The notes under the pieces were generated by a model. The model was not told the origin of the DNA, searched no databases, and worked only from the letters and a program-made list of their open reading frames with translations. A stretch of 53,422 nucleotides of DNA, counting the filler, from Stegostoma tigrinum (lineage: Eukaryota): NCBI RefSeq assembly GCF_030684315.1. It is 3 parts of 3 records of this genome, joined end to end, with 100 filler letters (N's around TTAATTAATTAA, not from the genome) between each part and the next. Parts side by side here need not be neighbours in the genome. Positions count along the whole stretch, not along the records: positions 24,424 to 53,422 come from NC_081396.1; 2 more parts are not named here. The stretch is one strand, 5' to 3'. Positions 35,810 to 49,378 of this stretch are shown here, in pieces (positions within the stretch are counted from its first letter, which is position 1; the number at the start of each line of letters is the position of its first letter). The position numbers and the translations under genes were made by a program.

Positions 35810-36350
35810 AAATTTATAAAATGTGAACTGATGCATTTTAGTCAGACACAGAAGGTTAGCGTTCATATATATAATGGAAGAGCCCTCATGAGTGTTGCGA
35901 AACAAAGAGACCTGGAGTGCAGGCGCACAGTTCCTTTAAAGTCATTGGAATCATTGGAATACAGTATATTGAATAGTGATATTTTGAAGCAGGCGTTGTT
36001 TTTCGGGTATTTGATAGTTTAAATGCTGAAGAGATTTCACATGGGGCAGATACCACGAGCAAAGTTAATATTCTGTGAACTGAAGATCAACATTTTAAGG
36101 CAGAAGAGAAATTCTTCTCACAGAATGCAGTGAACATGTCGAATTCTTTGCCACATAAAATTTTCGAGATTGGTTCCTGAAGTATTTTCATGGGTGCAGT
36201 GGAGAGATTTTGTTTTTATTTAGAAAGAATCAATGCTCCTGAGAATAAGATTGACAAATGGAATTGAGGGTTATCAATTCGACTATTATGTCATTGAATG
36301 GAAGAAGGATTTCAATCGGCAGAGTGCTCCCTTCAATTTCCTGATCTTTT
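35810..36350 (+). mobile_element. Decayed CR1 fragments
   Basis: ORF 35741 contains KCELMHFSQ...YNGRALMSVAKQRDL (compare KCEVMHFGR...RILGSMEEQRDL), followed by 3' UTR remnants. Confidence 0.7.
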
Positions 36351-36842
36351 TGACATTAATGTTGACGTCTGCTTTAAATTACTTACTTCATAATTATTGC
36401 AAGCCACGTTAACGCTTCCCCTCAATTGCATGTTTTCCAAGAACAGCACAGGCACTTCAATTTCTCCTCCTCGTTAACAAAAAAGGCAAGTCATCACACC
36501 ATTATTCATAGATCTCCCCTTCAAAACAGATTAAAACGACATTTCACCCACTGTACCAAACACACCATTGTCATGGTAACTGTGGAATTTGCACGCGTAA
36601 CCCTTATCACATATTTTCTACCTCTACACACACAACATAAATCTGGATCTCAACATTTCAATGCAGGAATTCGTTCCCATTTTATTCTGGAATTAGTATC
36701 TTCTTAATTACAAAAGTAATAGTGGGAGATAAAGACCCCTTGCACGATTGAATCGGACAGTTAGAGACGTTTCAAAGCTCACACTATTTTCAGAATAAAA
36801 CTCCCACGACATTATTCTAACCAAAACAATATTGTCAAATGC

Positions 36843-37068
36843 AGAGATAGTTGGAAGTACAGATGCTGGAGTGCCTAAGATAACAAAATGTAGAGCTGGA
36901 TCAACATCGCATGCCAAGCAACATCAAAGGAGCAGGAAAGCACACATTTCGTCCGTAGACCCTTCCTCAGAAAATTTATAAGGGTCTAGGCCAGAATCAT
37001 TAGCGTTGCTTTTCCTGCGATGCTCCTTGGCCTGCTGTGTTTATCCAGCTCGACACCTCGTCATGTCA
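36843..37068. mobile_element. Decayed Penelope-like palindromic element (family of 3930-4128)
   Basis: cagatgctggag...gataacaaaatgtagagctgga...tagacccttc / aagggtctagg...ttggcctgctgtgtttatccagctc inverted arms. Confidence 0.75.
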
Positions 37069-37744
37069 AATACAGCAGGTTGAAGATGCTGAAGTGGTCT
37101 GCATTCAAGTTTCCCTGAAAATGTTCGCACTTTCAGCACATGTACAATGTCGAAGCAGAGAAAATCTCCCTCGTCACTTTCATCCACAAGACTCCATTAG
37201 CTGTGCATTAAAGATTAATCATACACTGAATGTGCATTGCACGGTGCAATCAAACTTTTTCAGCCATGAGCACTACTGGTAACATACAATGAATATCCCA
37301 TTGAAAACAATAGCAGTAAATCCTCACAGCGATGATACAAGACAATGTTCATGCTGTTTCAAGATTCTTCCATCAGTTCCCATCAAGCACTTCTCGATCA
37401 CTGAATACTTAAAAATAAATTTTCAAGAAAACTTTACTCTCCGGGTTCAAGTGCCTCTAGAAAGAAACACATTCGTTGGACAAAAGGCGATGTTATTCAG
37501 ACGTTGGCCTCAAGTGATGGAGGAAAAGTTTTTCCGCTGGACGGANNNNNNNNNNNNNNNNNNNNNNNNNNNNNNNNNNNNNNNNNNNNNNNNNNNNNNN
37601 NNNNNNNNNNNNNNNNNNNNNNNNNNNNNNNNNNNNNNNNNNNNNNNNNNNNNNNNNNNNNNNNNNNNNNNNNNNNNNNNNNNNNNNNNNNNNNNNNNNN
37701 NNNNNNNNNNNNNNNNNNNNNNNNNNNNNNNNNNNNNNNGAATG

Positions 37745-40700
37745 ATAAAGAGACAGAAAAAGAAATCTTGGCTGTGTCAATGTACCTCGCAAGTATGTTT
37801 TCTATTCATAATAACTGAAATCACTCTGGTTCTGTAAATTTAAATCTTCACATTTGAAAAGGCCTCACATCAATGACAATTGGAATCCATTCAGTCATTT
37901 ATATTTTTGGCGCTATATTTCTGCTGTGTCTGTGGGCGAAAATAAATTGCATTTTTGCTGTTCTATAATCTATTCTGAGAGATCTATTTCTGTGCTTATT
38001 TGCATAAATGCTCAGTTGGTTTCAAAGGAGAGTTGATGGTGACAAAGCCAGATGGCCGAAGTTATTTATTGATTCGTTTCAAATCAAAACAAGTTTATTT
38101 TAAGAATGTTAACAGTTCGCAGAAATGAATACCAATGTTCTGAAAATCACATGCAACAGAGGTTACTTATTTCCAAAATATACTTAAAAATTTAATGTTT
38201 AATTTTGGTTATGAATTAGTTCATGGAAATTCTGCAGTCACTGTAAATGACACATTTCTCTACAACTAGATTTAGTCAAAACGTCTAATTGGTTTATATG
38301 TTAACCCATTTTGACAAGAACATATCTAAGAGCTCAACACAGCTCAAAATGCATTTTTGCATTTTCAAAAAAAAACTTGAAACGGACATCAGGAACTGCC
38401 ACAGCAATTTAAGTTCATTGTTATAGTTTCGTGAGTTTTAGTTACACTTATATCTTATTTTGTTCATTCATGGAATGTCGATGTTACTGGCTCGGGCAGC
38501 AATGAGTCACTGTCCCAAGTCGCCCATTCAGTAGGTAGCCAGTGCTACTCCAGAAGGCAGTCAATTACAATACATTGCGTAGGGAGTCACATGAAGTTCA
38601 GAAAAAGGAGAGCACACAGATTTCCTTTCCGAATGGACATGAACAAACCCTTGCTTTTGGATTTTCGATTGATTCTCGTCACACTGTCATTATGAGGCTT
38701 GCTTTTACCATTCCAGGTTTTCTTTGAATTAAGATTTCAATCACAACAAAAAGTGGGATTCAATATCCAGTCAATTAAGCATCACGCTGGATTTTAGAAT
38801 TATTGGGTCAGTGAAGTTACCACAGCGCTCTTGATGGCAAAAATGTCGTTGACATGCACAGAAAGCTGCCACAAACATAAGAGAAATAAATCTGACATTT
38901 TAAGTCTGAAGTAAATAATGGAATGGAACACATCATAAAATTCTTTCGTGTTTACACGATCACAGCTTATGTTGCATTCAATAATCGACCTAAAATCTAT
39001 TTATGATTCTCTCTCTGCAGAACCTGAATTACCAACAGCGTGTTTCCAACATTCCTATTCTGAATTTATTTCAAATTTCTATTCTCCAACAAACTTCGCA
39101 CTTTATGAATTCTTGCCTTAAATATGAACATGTTAATCACATATCACAAGAATGTGGTCATCGCTGACCGTTTTGCGATGCTGCTGTCTGGCAAGGCTAA
39201 TTTTGACAGATCGTTCTGCAGAAGTTTTAATACAAATGATTGTCTTGATGTTCAGGTTCAAAATTCTAAAGGAACAGTCACGGTATTGTGGAACAAGTAG
39301 GCCAGGCCAGATAGAAAGGACGGAATATCTCTTCTGAAGGCGAGTGCAGAACCATAATGGCTTTCCCAAATCTTTGGTAAGTTTGTGATTATCGCAGATT
39401 CAGCGAATATTTTTGTTTCAATTCCATGAACGAATTGAAGCTACCATGGCAGAAATTGAAATCCCACCTCTGGGAATTAAAATAAGCTTTTGAATGCCAA
39501 TCAAATGCTCACAATGCCTCCTTAACCACGTTATCATTCTGTCAAGTTCGCTTCAAGGATCTTTAATGAAGTTGACTGGTTGAATGCAGGGTTCATGATT
39601 TCCTGTCACTCGTTTCACTAAAACAGATGTTGCAGTGCTGCCTGTCCGAAATACAGGTCCAAAATGTCCCTCAGGAAGGGAAATTCAGGTCTTTTTATTC
39701 AGTCACTGTGATGAATCAGTGGTGTACTTCCAAGCCAGGATGGTGAGTGACATGGAGGGTGGCTTTCAGTTTTTGCTTTGCTGGGTATCTGGTGCTCTTA
39801 TCCTTCGAGAAGGAAGTGATAGTGGGTTAGGAAGATGCTGTCTCAGGATATTGATAAATATCTTGTATCAGCTGCTTACTCAAGCTGCTCAGTGCCAGCT
39901 TTGGAGAAACTGGATGCTCGTGGATGTACTGCCATTCAAATGAGCTGCTTTGTTCTGGTTGATGGCAAGCTTCTTGATTGCAATTGACGCAACACCCATT
40001 CAGGCACTTGGGAAGGCATGCCATTCCACTCACGGGTTTTGCCTTTTCGATGATGGATGGCTATGGGAAGTTACAAAGGTGGGCTACTGATCACAGTAAC
40101 CCTGAGTACTTGTCTGTTCTTGTCACCACTACGTTTGTACGTTGTTTCCATTTCAGTTTCAATTGGATAAGAATCTCCAGAGTGTTGAGTTTGGAAAATT
40201 CAGTGACAGTACCACCATTCAATGTCATGTGGCTGTGGTTAGATTGTCTCTAATTGTCAATATTCATTGTCTACCAGTTTTGAGGTCTCAATGCTCCTTG
40301 TCAATTGTCAGTCCACGTCTGAATATTGTACAGATCTTGTATTACAATGGAGATTTTCACTATACCTGCAGAGTTGTGAAAGATGGTGAGTATTCTGCCA
40401 TCATCAATGGTGCCCATTTCACATCTCATCTAATGGTAGAGGGGAGATTATTAATGAAGCAGCTGAAGATAATTGGACAGTGAAGCTACTGGAGAAAATT
40501 GGGCCAAGGACACTGCCTTCACAACCTCTGATGGAGGTGTGCTGGAGCTGAGACGAATTACCTCCAGCAACCGTATCAGTCTCCCTTTGTGCAAGTTGTG
40601 TCTCAAGGTAGCAGACAGTTTATCACCTGCCATGCATATATTTCAGAGTTCCCAAAGAACAATCGATGCCACACTCATTTGAATGGAACTTTGATGAGAA

Positions 40701-42110
40701 TTGATATCACTCTCCCCTCTATTGTGAAGTTCAGTTTTTGGCCATCGTTGAACTAAGGCTGGTATTCAGTCAGGAGTTGACTGGCCCTTGAATAACCCAC
40801 ACATTGCGTCACTGAGCCAGAACTGCTTTCTCGCAATATCAATGGCAATTCAAACATCTTACTGATGGCTAAGAGTAACATGATGGGCATTAATCAGCTG
40901 AGCTGGATTATTTTACTGTCTGGCCAATTTTCCACATTATCCGGTCAGCACAAGTGTTGTAGGTTAATTGGAAGTGCTTGGCGAGTAAAGTGGCAGATCT
41001 GAGCTCATGTTATCAGTATTGGTGACAGAATTTTGTCATGTCCTATAACGTTTGCATAATCCAACGCCTCCAATCGAATGTTAAAATCCTTGGAGAGAAT
41101 CTAGTTGGCTGAAGCTTGGTATCTAAAATGTTGCTAACCACCGGAGGAAGCCAAGATGGATCATCCATTTGGCACCTCCAGCTGATAATTGCTGTTATTT
41201 CTTCAACTTTGACGTTTTCACAGTTATATTCGGCTCTTGCATCTTGAAGATGGGAATATCTGCGGAGATTACTCCCCAAATGACATATTTATAGTCCTTC
41301 TCAAGCCATGACTTGATGTGACACTGCAGAACTGGTCATGTCTGATTTGTTCACTATCAGTTCGCTTAGCTCTGTCTATCGCGTGCCATTTATGCTGTTT
41401 GGCATGACAATAGTCTCTTTGTGGCAGATTCACCACGTTGAATCCTCTTGTTCTGTGCTGTTCCTGGGTTGGCATCCTGCACTTTCCATTAATCCAGCAG
41501 TGGTCCCTTCTCATGGTTGTAATGTTTGGAGAGAGAATATGCAGAACCATGAGCTTGGGACATTGAGCAGGAAAATATTTCTGACTATTTTGGTTGCAAA
41601 TCACCTGATTAATGGCAGATTTTGAGTTACTTTATCTCAGCCATTAAGCGTACTCTCAGTGTCAAACAACACAATGGATAGTGTTCTTAATGTGAAGCTG
41701 AGGCTTCGTCACCGCAACATTGGACGGGAGGTCACTGTCATTGATGTTGTCATTTACAGATGCATCTGTCGCCGGACTATTGGTTAGGATGAATTCAACT
41801 GCACAATATTCCATCTTGTTGCTTCCCGCAGCAGGCACTATAGACCCACCCTCACAGCTATGTCCTTCAGGACCCGACCAACTCGATCAGTAGTGTTGCT
41901 ATGCCCAGTGGTAGACATAGAAATCCCCTCCAGAAGTACGTTTTTATCCTTTCCACCTTCAGTGCTTACTTCAAATTTTGTTCAGCATTGACCTGTACTT
42001 AATCACCAGCCGAGGAAAGGTGGTACATAATAATCAAAAGGTGTTTTCCTTTCCCGTGTTTTACGTGAATCCATCAGACTTCATGGGTCCAGAAGGAATA
42101 TTGGCGGCTA
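37745..42110 (+). repeat. Old segmental duplication, copy B (paralog of ~24630-29450)
   Basis: See copy A; same order and orientation, offset ~13 kb. Confidence 0.8.
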
Positions 42111-42630
42111 TGAACGTAAGTTCCTGCCCTCTGTCTATCACAGTGTTGCCACCTATGGAGGATAAGCCCTGCTGAAGGAACATGGTGTATTCACGTGCAG
42201 TGATGTTTGCGTTATTTTCGTTTAACCATGAATATATGACCAGGCTGTTGCTTGACCAATCTCTGAGAATGCTTTCCTAAGTTTGGCACTAGCTGCTCGA
42301 TATTTTTAAACGGTTTTTTGCAAGCTTGACCAATCATGTTGTGCCAAGATCTCCTCCGGAACCTTGGTCAATGTCAGATTGCCCATCTACTTTCACTGTA
42401 TTTTTGCTATTTTTCAGCAATTGGAAAAACTGAGTGGCCTTCGAAGCCGTTTGAGAGTCAACCACTTTGCTTTGTGGCTGGAGTGACATTTGCCTCAGAC
42501 GACATGAGTCTGGCCATCTTCCTTCCCTAAATGATATTTTGGATGTTTGTTTTTCTGACAATTGATAATGATGCCATTGTCTTCAGTAGACTCTTAGCTC
42601 CAAATATGTTTTCAAATTTAAATTCCACCA
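39620..42630 (-). mobile_element. Decayed CR1/L2-group LINE with SINE-type body at its 5' end
   Basis: LINE sequence (caggctgttgcttgacc...gtttggcactagc at ~42240) is contiguous with SINE-body sequence (gagagtcaaccac...ccttccctaaa...gacaattgataat...aaattccaccat, ~42450-42630). Confidence 0.75.
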
Positions 42631-43778
42631 TTATTTTTGACCTCAGAACAAATACAAAATTCAAGAGGAGTTAGCTGCTACCTGAGGTTATTACTAAATG
42701 CAATTTTGTGGCATGGCATCAGATCCAAGAACTCTTTGCTCTCTCTGTCAGAAATTTACCTGTTACATTTAATCAAATAGACAATGTCTTTTTGCAACTC
42801 AAATACAACAATATCTTACTTCTGCTTGAAATCATGTGCGAATAGAAAAAAATTATTACCAGAGAAAATCAACGGCAAAAAGACCTGATCGCGAATGCAA
42901 CCTCACCTTAGTTCTTACCAGACACAGCACCAAACTTTAAATTTTATATTTTTAAAACGAAGTTTTTGTCCGAAACATACTACCATTTAGCACCTGTTAA
43001 CAGTGATAACGCTCAGCTTTTTTTTTCACTCACGGTCCACATTGTGTGGTTTAAGTGATGGAATTTGTTTAATCTTGTACTCTTAAAAAAGGGAATAATA
43101 TTGCATAAAATGTTGAAACCAACAGCAATCTGCACGTTTGTTCCAAAGGCTGACAGTGTACATTGTCCCGCAAAGGCAGGACGTTTGTTTGCGCTGACAA
43201 CATGAAAATAACTCCTATTGTATAATTCTCATCTGACTCACAACTTCCTCTTTCTCTGCGCAAGTGGCATGCCACACATGTCACATTTGAACAGAAAATA
43301 AAGCTAAACAACAATCTGGAGGAAACACCTGCCAAGGCAACAGACATCCGGACAGAGAGTGGGCAGTCATCGATCACCCTGAAGTGGCAAACACAAATCG
43401 ACATTTTGTGTTCTGTTCAACGTTCGATTCCAGAATGTCGTTGGATGAGTCTCAGGACCATGTCCTGAAAGTATTCAATTCTCTATATTTTGAGACACAT
43501 ATTTTGCACTTTTAAAGTTTTGATCATCGTATTTTTTTAACTTTTTTTTATAATTTAATATTCATTTCATCAGTTTTAGATTGGTATCCATCTTGTACCC
43601 ATCCAGACACATTCTGTTTGATATAATTCTGCGATTTTAATGAACTAGAAAAATGCAAAGAATACATTATTTTGCACAAACGGTTGTGGCCGTGCATCAG
43701 ATCACAGAATTAATACACATAGAGTGCCCCTTTTCAGTACCTAATTTGAGCATCATTGTGTTCAAACAAAAGCCACTG

Positions 43779-44085
43779 GGGAGGGACAGTGACTCAGTGA
43801 CTAACACTGCCAGCAGTGCCAGGGCCCAACATTCAATTCCATCTTCAGGCGACTGAGAGTGTAGAGTCTGCACGTTTTTGCCATTTCGACAGGTGCTCCA
43901 GTTTGATCTCGCAATTCAAAGACATGCAAGTTAGGTGGATCAGCCATTTAAACTTGCCCAGAGTGTCCAGGGATGTGTGGATTATCGTGTCAGCCATGGG
44001 AATATTCAGAGCGGCGCGCCGTTTGGACAGTTGTTGTGATCTCTGAGTGCCAAATATCCTGGTTCCATGCTGTAAGGGTACTCCT
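43779..44085 (+). mobile_element. Degenerate HE1-type SINE
   Basis: gtgactcagtgactaacactgcc head; caaagacatgcaagttaggtggatcagccat body. Confidence 0.75.
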
Positions 44086-44389
44086 GTAATCGAATTTCAT
44101 AATTTGGAAATCCTCTCTCTTTGAGCGAGTTTGTTCCGAAGGTTGATTATTGTCCGAATTCTTTCAGAAACCATAGCTACTTAAAAACCCCTACTTTGTA
44201 CAAAGATTCAAATGTTATTCAAGTTTGTGGTAATGACATTTCCTTTGGTGAAATTCTTGTGTTTTTTCTTTGGTCAACATTGCTTCTAGCCGAAGATTAA
44301 AACACTGATATCTCCGAGTTACCTGTTGTGGCCCTTGCGTGTCTATAAAAATTGCAAGCTGTTCGTAAGAACCAGAATGAACAGATTGT

Positions 44390-45950
44390 TTTTGATTCAT
44401 GTGTCACTGGTTTTTTTTTGAAATGGACATCTCTCTTTGGCCAGCAATACTGCCCAACCTTAGTTGACTTTGAGAGAGAGATGGTGAGCTGCTCTTTTAA
44501 ATCACTGCTGTCAAAAATGCCACTACCAAGGGTATTCTAGGGTACTGACCCACTGGGATCAAACTAACGGTGATATATTTACAAGTCATGATGGTGAGTG
44601 GCTTGGTGGGGAAATTGGAGGTTGTGGTGTTCCTGCCCATGTCTTTCTTGATGGAAATTGTTGAGGGTTTGGAAGGTGGTGTCTGAATGTTTTGTTCCTC
44701 TTGCAGATAGCATACACTGATGCGACCGAGCCTCAAAGGCGGTGGGAATGAAAGTTTGTGAATACAATATCAATCAAGAGTGTTGTTTTAGCCCTGGATT
44801 GTGTAAAACTTGTTGTTGAGGCTGCAGGCATTCAGGCAAATGGAGAGCATTCCGAAACACTTCTCAATTCAGCATTATTAATGTTGGAAAGGCTTTGAGA
44901 AGTAGGGAAGTGAGTTACTCGCTACTGCATTCACATCTTCTCACTTGTCTTGGTATCACTGTGTTTCTATGGTCAGTTCAGATGTAACTCCTGGTCAATG
45001 ATGAGGCCCAGGATTTTGATTTGAGGTATTTAATGATGGTGACACCACTGAATGCCAGGTACCAGTAGATAGATCGTGTTTTATTCGTGATAATCACAAA
45101 TTAATATTTGTGTGGCGCAAATGTTAATTGCAACTTATCTCCACACACCTGTATACTTTCAAATCTTGTTGCATTTGAACATGCCCTGCCTCAGTGCGTG
45201 AAGATTCCAGTTTGGAACTGAACATGTGCATTAATCTTTGAACATCCCCACTTCTGACTTTATGATGGAGGGAAGGTCATTGATGAAGCTGATGAAGATG
45301 TTTGGCTCAGGATAATATCCTGAGGAACACATGCATAGATGCCATGGAACTGAGATGACTGATCTTCAAAAACCATGATTATCTTCGAAAATGTCAGGTG
45401 AGCATCCAACTTCCGGAAATTTACCCAACTCATCTGCTTTCGTTTCAGTATTGCCAGGGCTCTTTGCTGCCAAATCCTGTCGAAAGCAGCCTTGACGTTA
45501 AAGGTGGTCTCTTTCAGCTCACTTCTGGAATCTTTCTTTTGCCCACATTTGGACCAATGCTGCAATGAGGTCAGGAGCAGAATTGTCTTGGCAGAACCCA
45601 AACTGGGCAAAACTAACAAGTTTAGTACCGAGCAGGTGCTGCTTGATAGCATTGTCGATGCCACCTTACATCAATTTGCTGATGATCGACTGCAGACTGA
45701 TGGGATGGTGATCGGCCAGACAGGTCTGTTTCTGTGCATGACGTACTTGTTCAATTTTCCTCATTGCCTGAAAGCACAAATCTTTAGTTCTATTGCCCAA
45801 ATGTTATCACGTGGAGCTGAGGATCAGGTGAGGATGGCAGATTTCCCTCCCAGCAGGGCATTAGTGAAACACAATGTTTTTTTTTCGACAATCAACAATT
45901 AATTCTGTTCTCAGTCGATTATCATTCCAGATTGTTTCAAATTCAATTCC
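44390..45950 (-). mobile_element. Decayed CR1/L2-group LINE fragment plus SINE remnant
   Basis: ORF 45260..45664(-) NVKAAFDRIWQQRAL...GIYACVPQD is an RT remnant; SINE body at ~45820-45950. Confidence 0.8.
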
Positions 45951-48289
45951 ATTTCTACCATATTTCGGGTCGGGAGATATTCTTAGATATCATAAACTCC
46001 AAGCCTCTGATTCATGTTGCATCAATTGTAACAACATCAATTATGAGTCTCTCACTTAGTTTGGGCCATTTCATTTGACCTCTGATACTTCCCACAAAAC
46101 TGTGCTCGGCTTTAAACTGTCAAATCGTTCTTGCTCTTTAATTTCCTTCTAAATTCGAATGTATGTGATGTTCACTGCTTACTGTATGTAACATCAGTGA
46201 TGATTATTGACATTCCAGGTGCATTTGCACACTTTCTCAGGAAGTGCAGAGTTCTTCCACATCTCCACCAAGAGAAATAATGTCTTCTTAAGGAATTAGA
46301 TGGTATTTTCAATTCTTTATTACACATAGGAAACCATACCTTTTTTGTCTGGACATGCTGCGAAGAGAAGACCTGTCTTTCCTTCCGATTCTCTTTTCTC
46401 ACTGTGAAAGAAAATGCAAAACAAATCAATTCAAAAGTGATTATATTATACCTTTCCACTGTGAAAGTTTACCCGTTCAAAGTACAATCACCAAATTAAT
46501 AAGCCTGCAGCATGACGATGGATCCAAATTCTCAAATACGCTCTGGCTGTTTCCACTTTTCATAGCCTTGTGAAAGGGCGACCTCACACACCTGCTGGAA
46601 AAAGTGAAATGTCAGAAACATATTTTTCCGTTCAGTGACGCCAATTTTGATCAAGTGACAGTGCTATGTTTCATTCAATGGTGTTACCTGAACTGCAGGT
46701 TTAATTACAGTACTTTGTCTTTTCTACTTTCCGTTACAAGGGGCCTTAGCATGTTATTGAAAATTAAACTTCAATTCATTAATGTTGAAACAGCATTTGA
46801 TTCTATTAAACGGAGCTTGGAAATATGATATTACTGGCCTTCACTCTCACACATAAATGTATCAGGCTGACACTTGACTTGATTGCACTAAATACTGACT
46901 TTGTCATCATCTCACTATATTCTGTGATATGTCAAGTAATGCATTTAGGATTCTCTCTGTGATAGTTCAGAAGCAAATATTAAGTTTATTCCAATCAACG
47001 TCACTGTCACATGTGCACACTCTTCTTGTGTCAGAATCTAGCACTGCATTGGCAAGGATAAAGTCATAACTTCCATTCAAATGTGGCAAAAAATATGATG
47101 ACTGTAATGTTTGTCCTTGTCAGATTGTAACAAGCAAGATAAAGACAAAGATAAAATATAAAATTTGACACTGCTTACTTTGCTCCTCCCATTTGCTCCT
47201 CCCCAAGACATGTTTCCGTTGCAATTTTACACAACATGTCTTCAATTAAAATTGCATAATGACTTGTTGTTTCCAAATATATATCTGACTCTTGCTCAAT
47301 TATTTCTGGTGGGAGCTGCATCTTTTATTTAACCATTTTCCGCAGCGGTAATTTCATGACATTGCAGAACCAGTAAATGTTTGTGGCTAATCAGCACCAG
47401 ATCCTGCCGTAGCTCTTATTGTAGGAGTCAGCATGACTAGTTATAATAATCGAGATTCATTCCGGTTCAATACAGAATTCGCCCGTGTCTTCCTTGATAT
47501 CAGACCACATTCTATTGTTTTATGAACATATTAGCAAACCTTTCTGTTCATATTGCACTGGAGCCAGACCTGTTTAACCATCCATTGCGCAGAACAGACA
47601 ACAACAGTTAAGTCAATCATTAACACAAATGTGGAATACTTCTCGTTGATATTCTGAATACTTTGGTCATAGTAACATAAATGGTACAGTGTAATGTAAA
47701 TCTGCCAAAAACAACCAATAAGAGAAATAATGGAATTAAAATCTGTTGTAACAGAGCGTGATGGATATGACATACAAAAGGCAGAGGGTGATTCAGGTTA
47801 CATTTCGGAACTTCATTGTGTAATATTAGCCACGACTGATTCAGCACAGTCTGACAAAAGGATGGTAAATCAAATACAAAGAGGATTTTGGTTCAACGCT
47901 GTATGAACTGAGACTGAACTTCTAACAGAAACAATTGAGAAATGACCTGTTATCAACTGACCAAAGTCAAGGCCTGGAGGAATGCATTGTTTTTCTCAAA
48001 GCTGTTAAAACCACCCATGTCAGTTATATCATGTGGCATTTGCGTGGCATGAATGGAATTACAGTGTGCTTGAAAAACATTATGAGACGTCCTGCCCTTT
48101 TTGTCTTCTTTAATCTTCTGTAAAGTCAATCGCTTTCATTTTTATTGAGATAATGAGCAAATTCCTTCTTGATATGTAAAGTTCCTGCTGCCCGAGCTAT
48201 ATTTTCGATCAGTAATTCCAGAGCAGAGCTGCATACTGTCTTATGAAGTTTAACTTCCTCATATTCACATTAGCTCTTTTAACAATTAC

Positions 48290-48950
48290 TTTATTTTGGT
48301 GCATTGTACATGCAAGGTTGACACAAAGGGGAGCGGTTCCCATTTATCTCTTCAATAAAGCCCCTCATTATATTGAACATATCTATCAATCGCATCTCAT
48401 ACATTTCTCCCCCAAGTAAAACTGCTCCAACGTCTACAGCACGCCACTTAATGAATGCTCCTTGAGTTGATGCGCAGCCTTAAATCGTGAAAGCATGCTC
48501 TATACTTTGACTTGTATTTAGGCCCAAATATGAACCGTTGTTTCAAGTGAGGTCTAATCCATGTGTAAGATAGGTTTTAAATATCTTCCTTGCTTTTACG
48601 TGATATTGCATATATATTTGTGTACATTGTTATGTATTGTGTCTCCAAGCTCTTCCTCCATAAATTAATGAGGGGATAAACCTCTGTGCCTAATTTCATT
48701 TGTCGCCCGTCGTCACAATCCACAAAGCTCAATAGATCCTTGTAAAACTACGAACTGTCTTCCTTCAGTTCAAAATTGTTGCAAGATTCTTGTTGCAGCA
48801 AATTGTGAAGTAATGCACTTTACGCAACATCTTAGTCAAAAACATAAATGAAGACATTCACACGTCAAAGCATTGACATCTGCATAAGAGCGCTTTGGAC
48901 CTCGCTTGAATACAAAACACACATAACTGTACCGTTTGATCCATGATTTC
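48290..48950 (-). mobile_element. Very old CR1 fragment
   Basis: Degenerate reverse-complement ORF2 C-terminal motifs (caagtgaggtctaatcc...gttttaa...cttccttgctttt). Confidence 0.5.
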
Positions 48951-49346
48951 TTCAATTCACTCGTATGTTTTCAAATAAGTTTTGAAATAAACATGGAAAA
49001 GAATAATCAGATTAGGACAACAACTAGCGTGTCAATCCACAAGAAGAAGCAAACAAATTTGTTCACATGAGTCGTGCTGAGAAATCCATAAACGACAATT
49101 TAAACAAAATATTTTCCAATGATTTGAGGGCTCATCCATTTTCTGTGCAGTGTTTTGAACCTTAGGTTACACTTAACTCCCGATGAACCAAGCTTGCTTG
49201 TGACAAAATAAGTGGAATACTATTAACTTTGCGAATTCTTTTGGCTCTTCGTCGCTGAATACAGCGATGTTGCCCTGGGCATCCCCTGGGGAACATTAGA
49301 TTCCCTGAACGGTCAGAGTGTAATTTTTTTGAAATATTATATGATT

Positions 49347-49378
49347 GAAACGAAAGGGAGGGACATTTCCGATATAAA
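49347..49378 (+). promoter_or_regulatory. Candidate IRF-E / NF-kB / TATA cluster
   Basis: GAAACGAAAG (49347-49356), GGGACATTTCC (49360-49370) and TATAAA (49373-49378) in series. No intact downstream gene found. Confidence 0.3.

Noticed and set aside
43300-47570. Possible minus-strand multi-exon gene from AG/GT-bounded segments (~47540-47569, ~46472-46585, ~46340-46402, ~43420-43464)
   Set aside because: Splice-like sites exist, but the phases and stops do not assemble into one open frame and no peptide is recognisable. RNA-seq would be needed.
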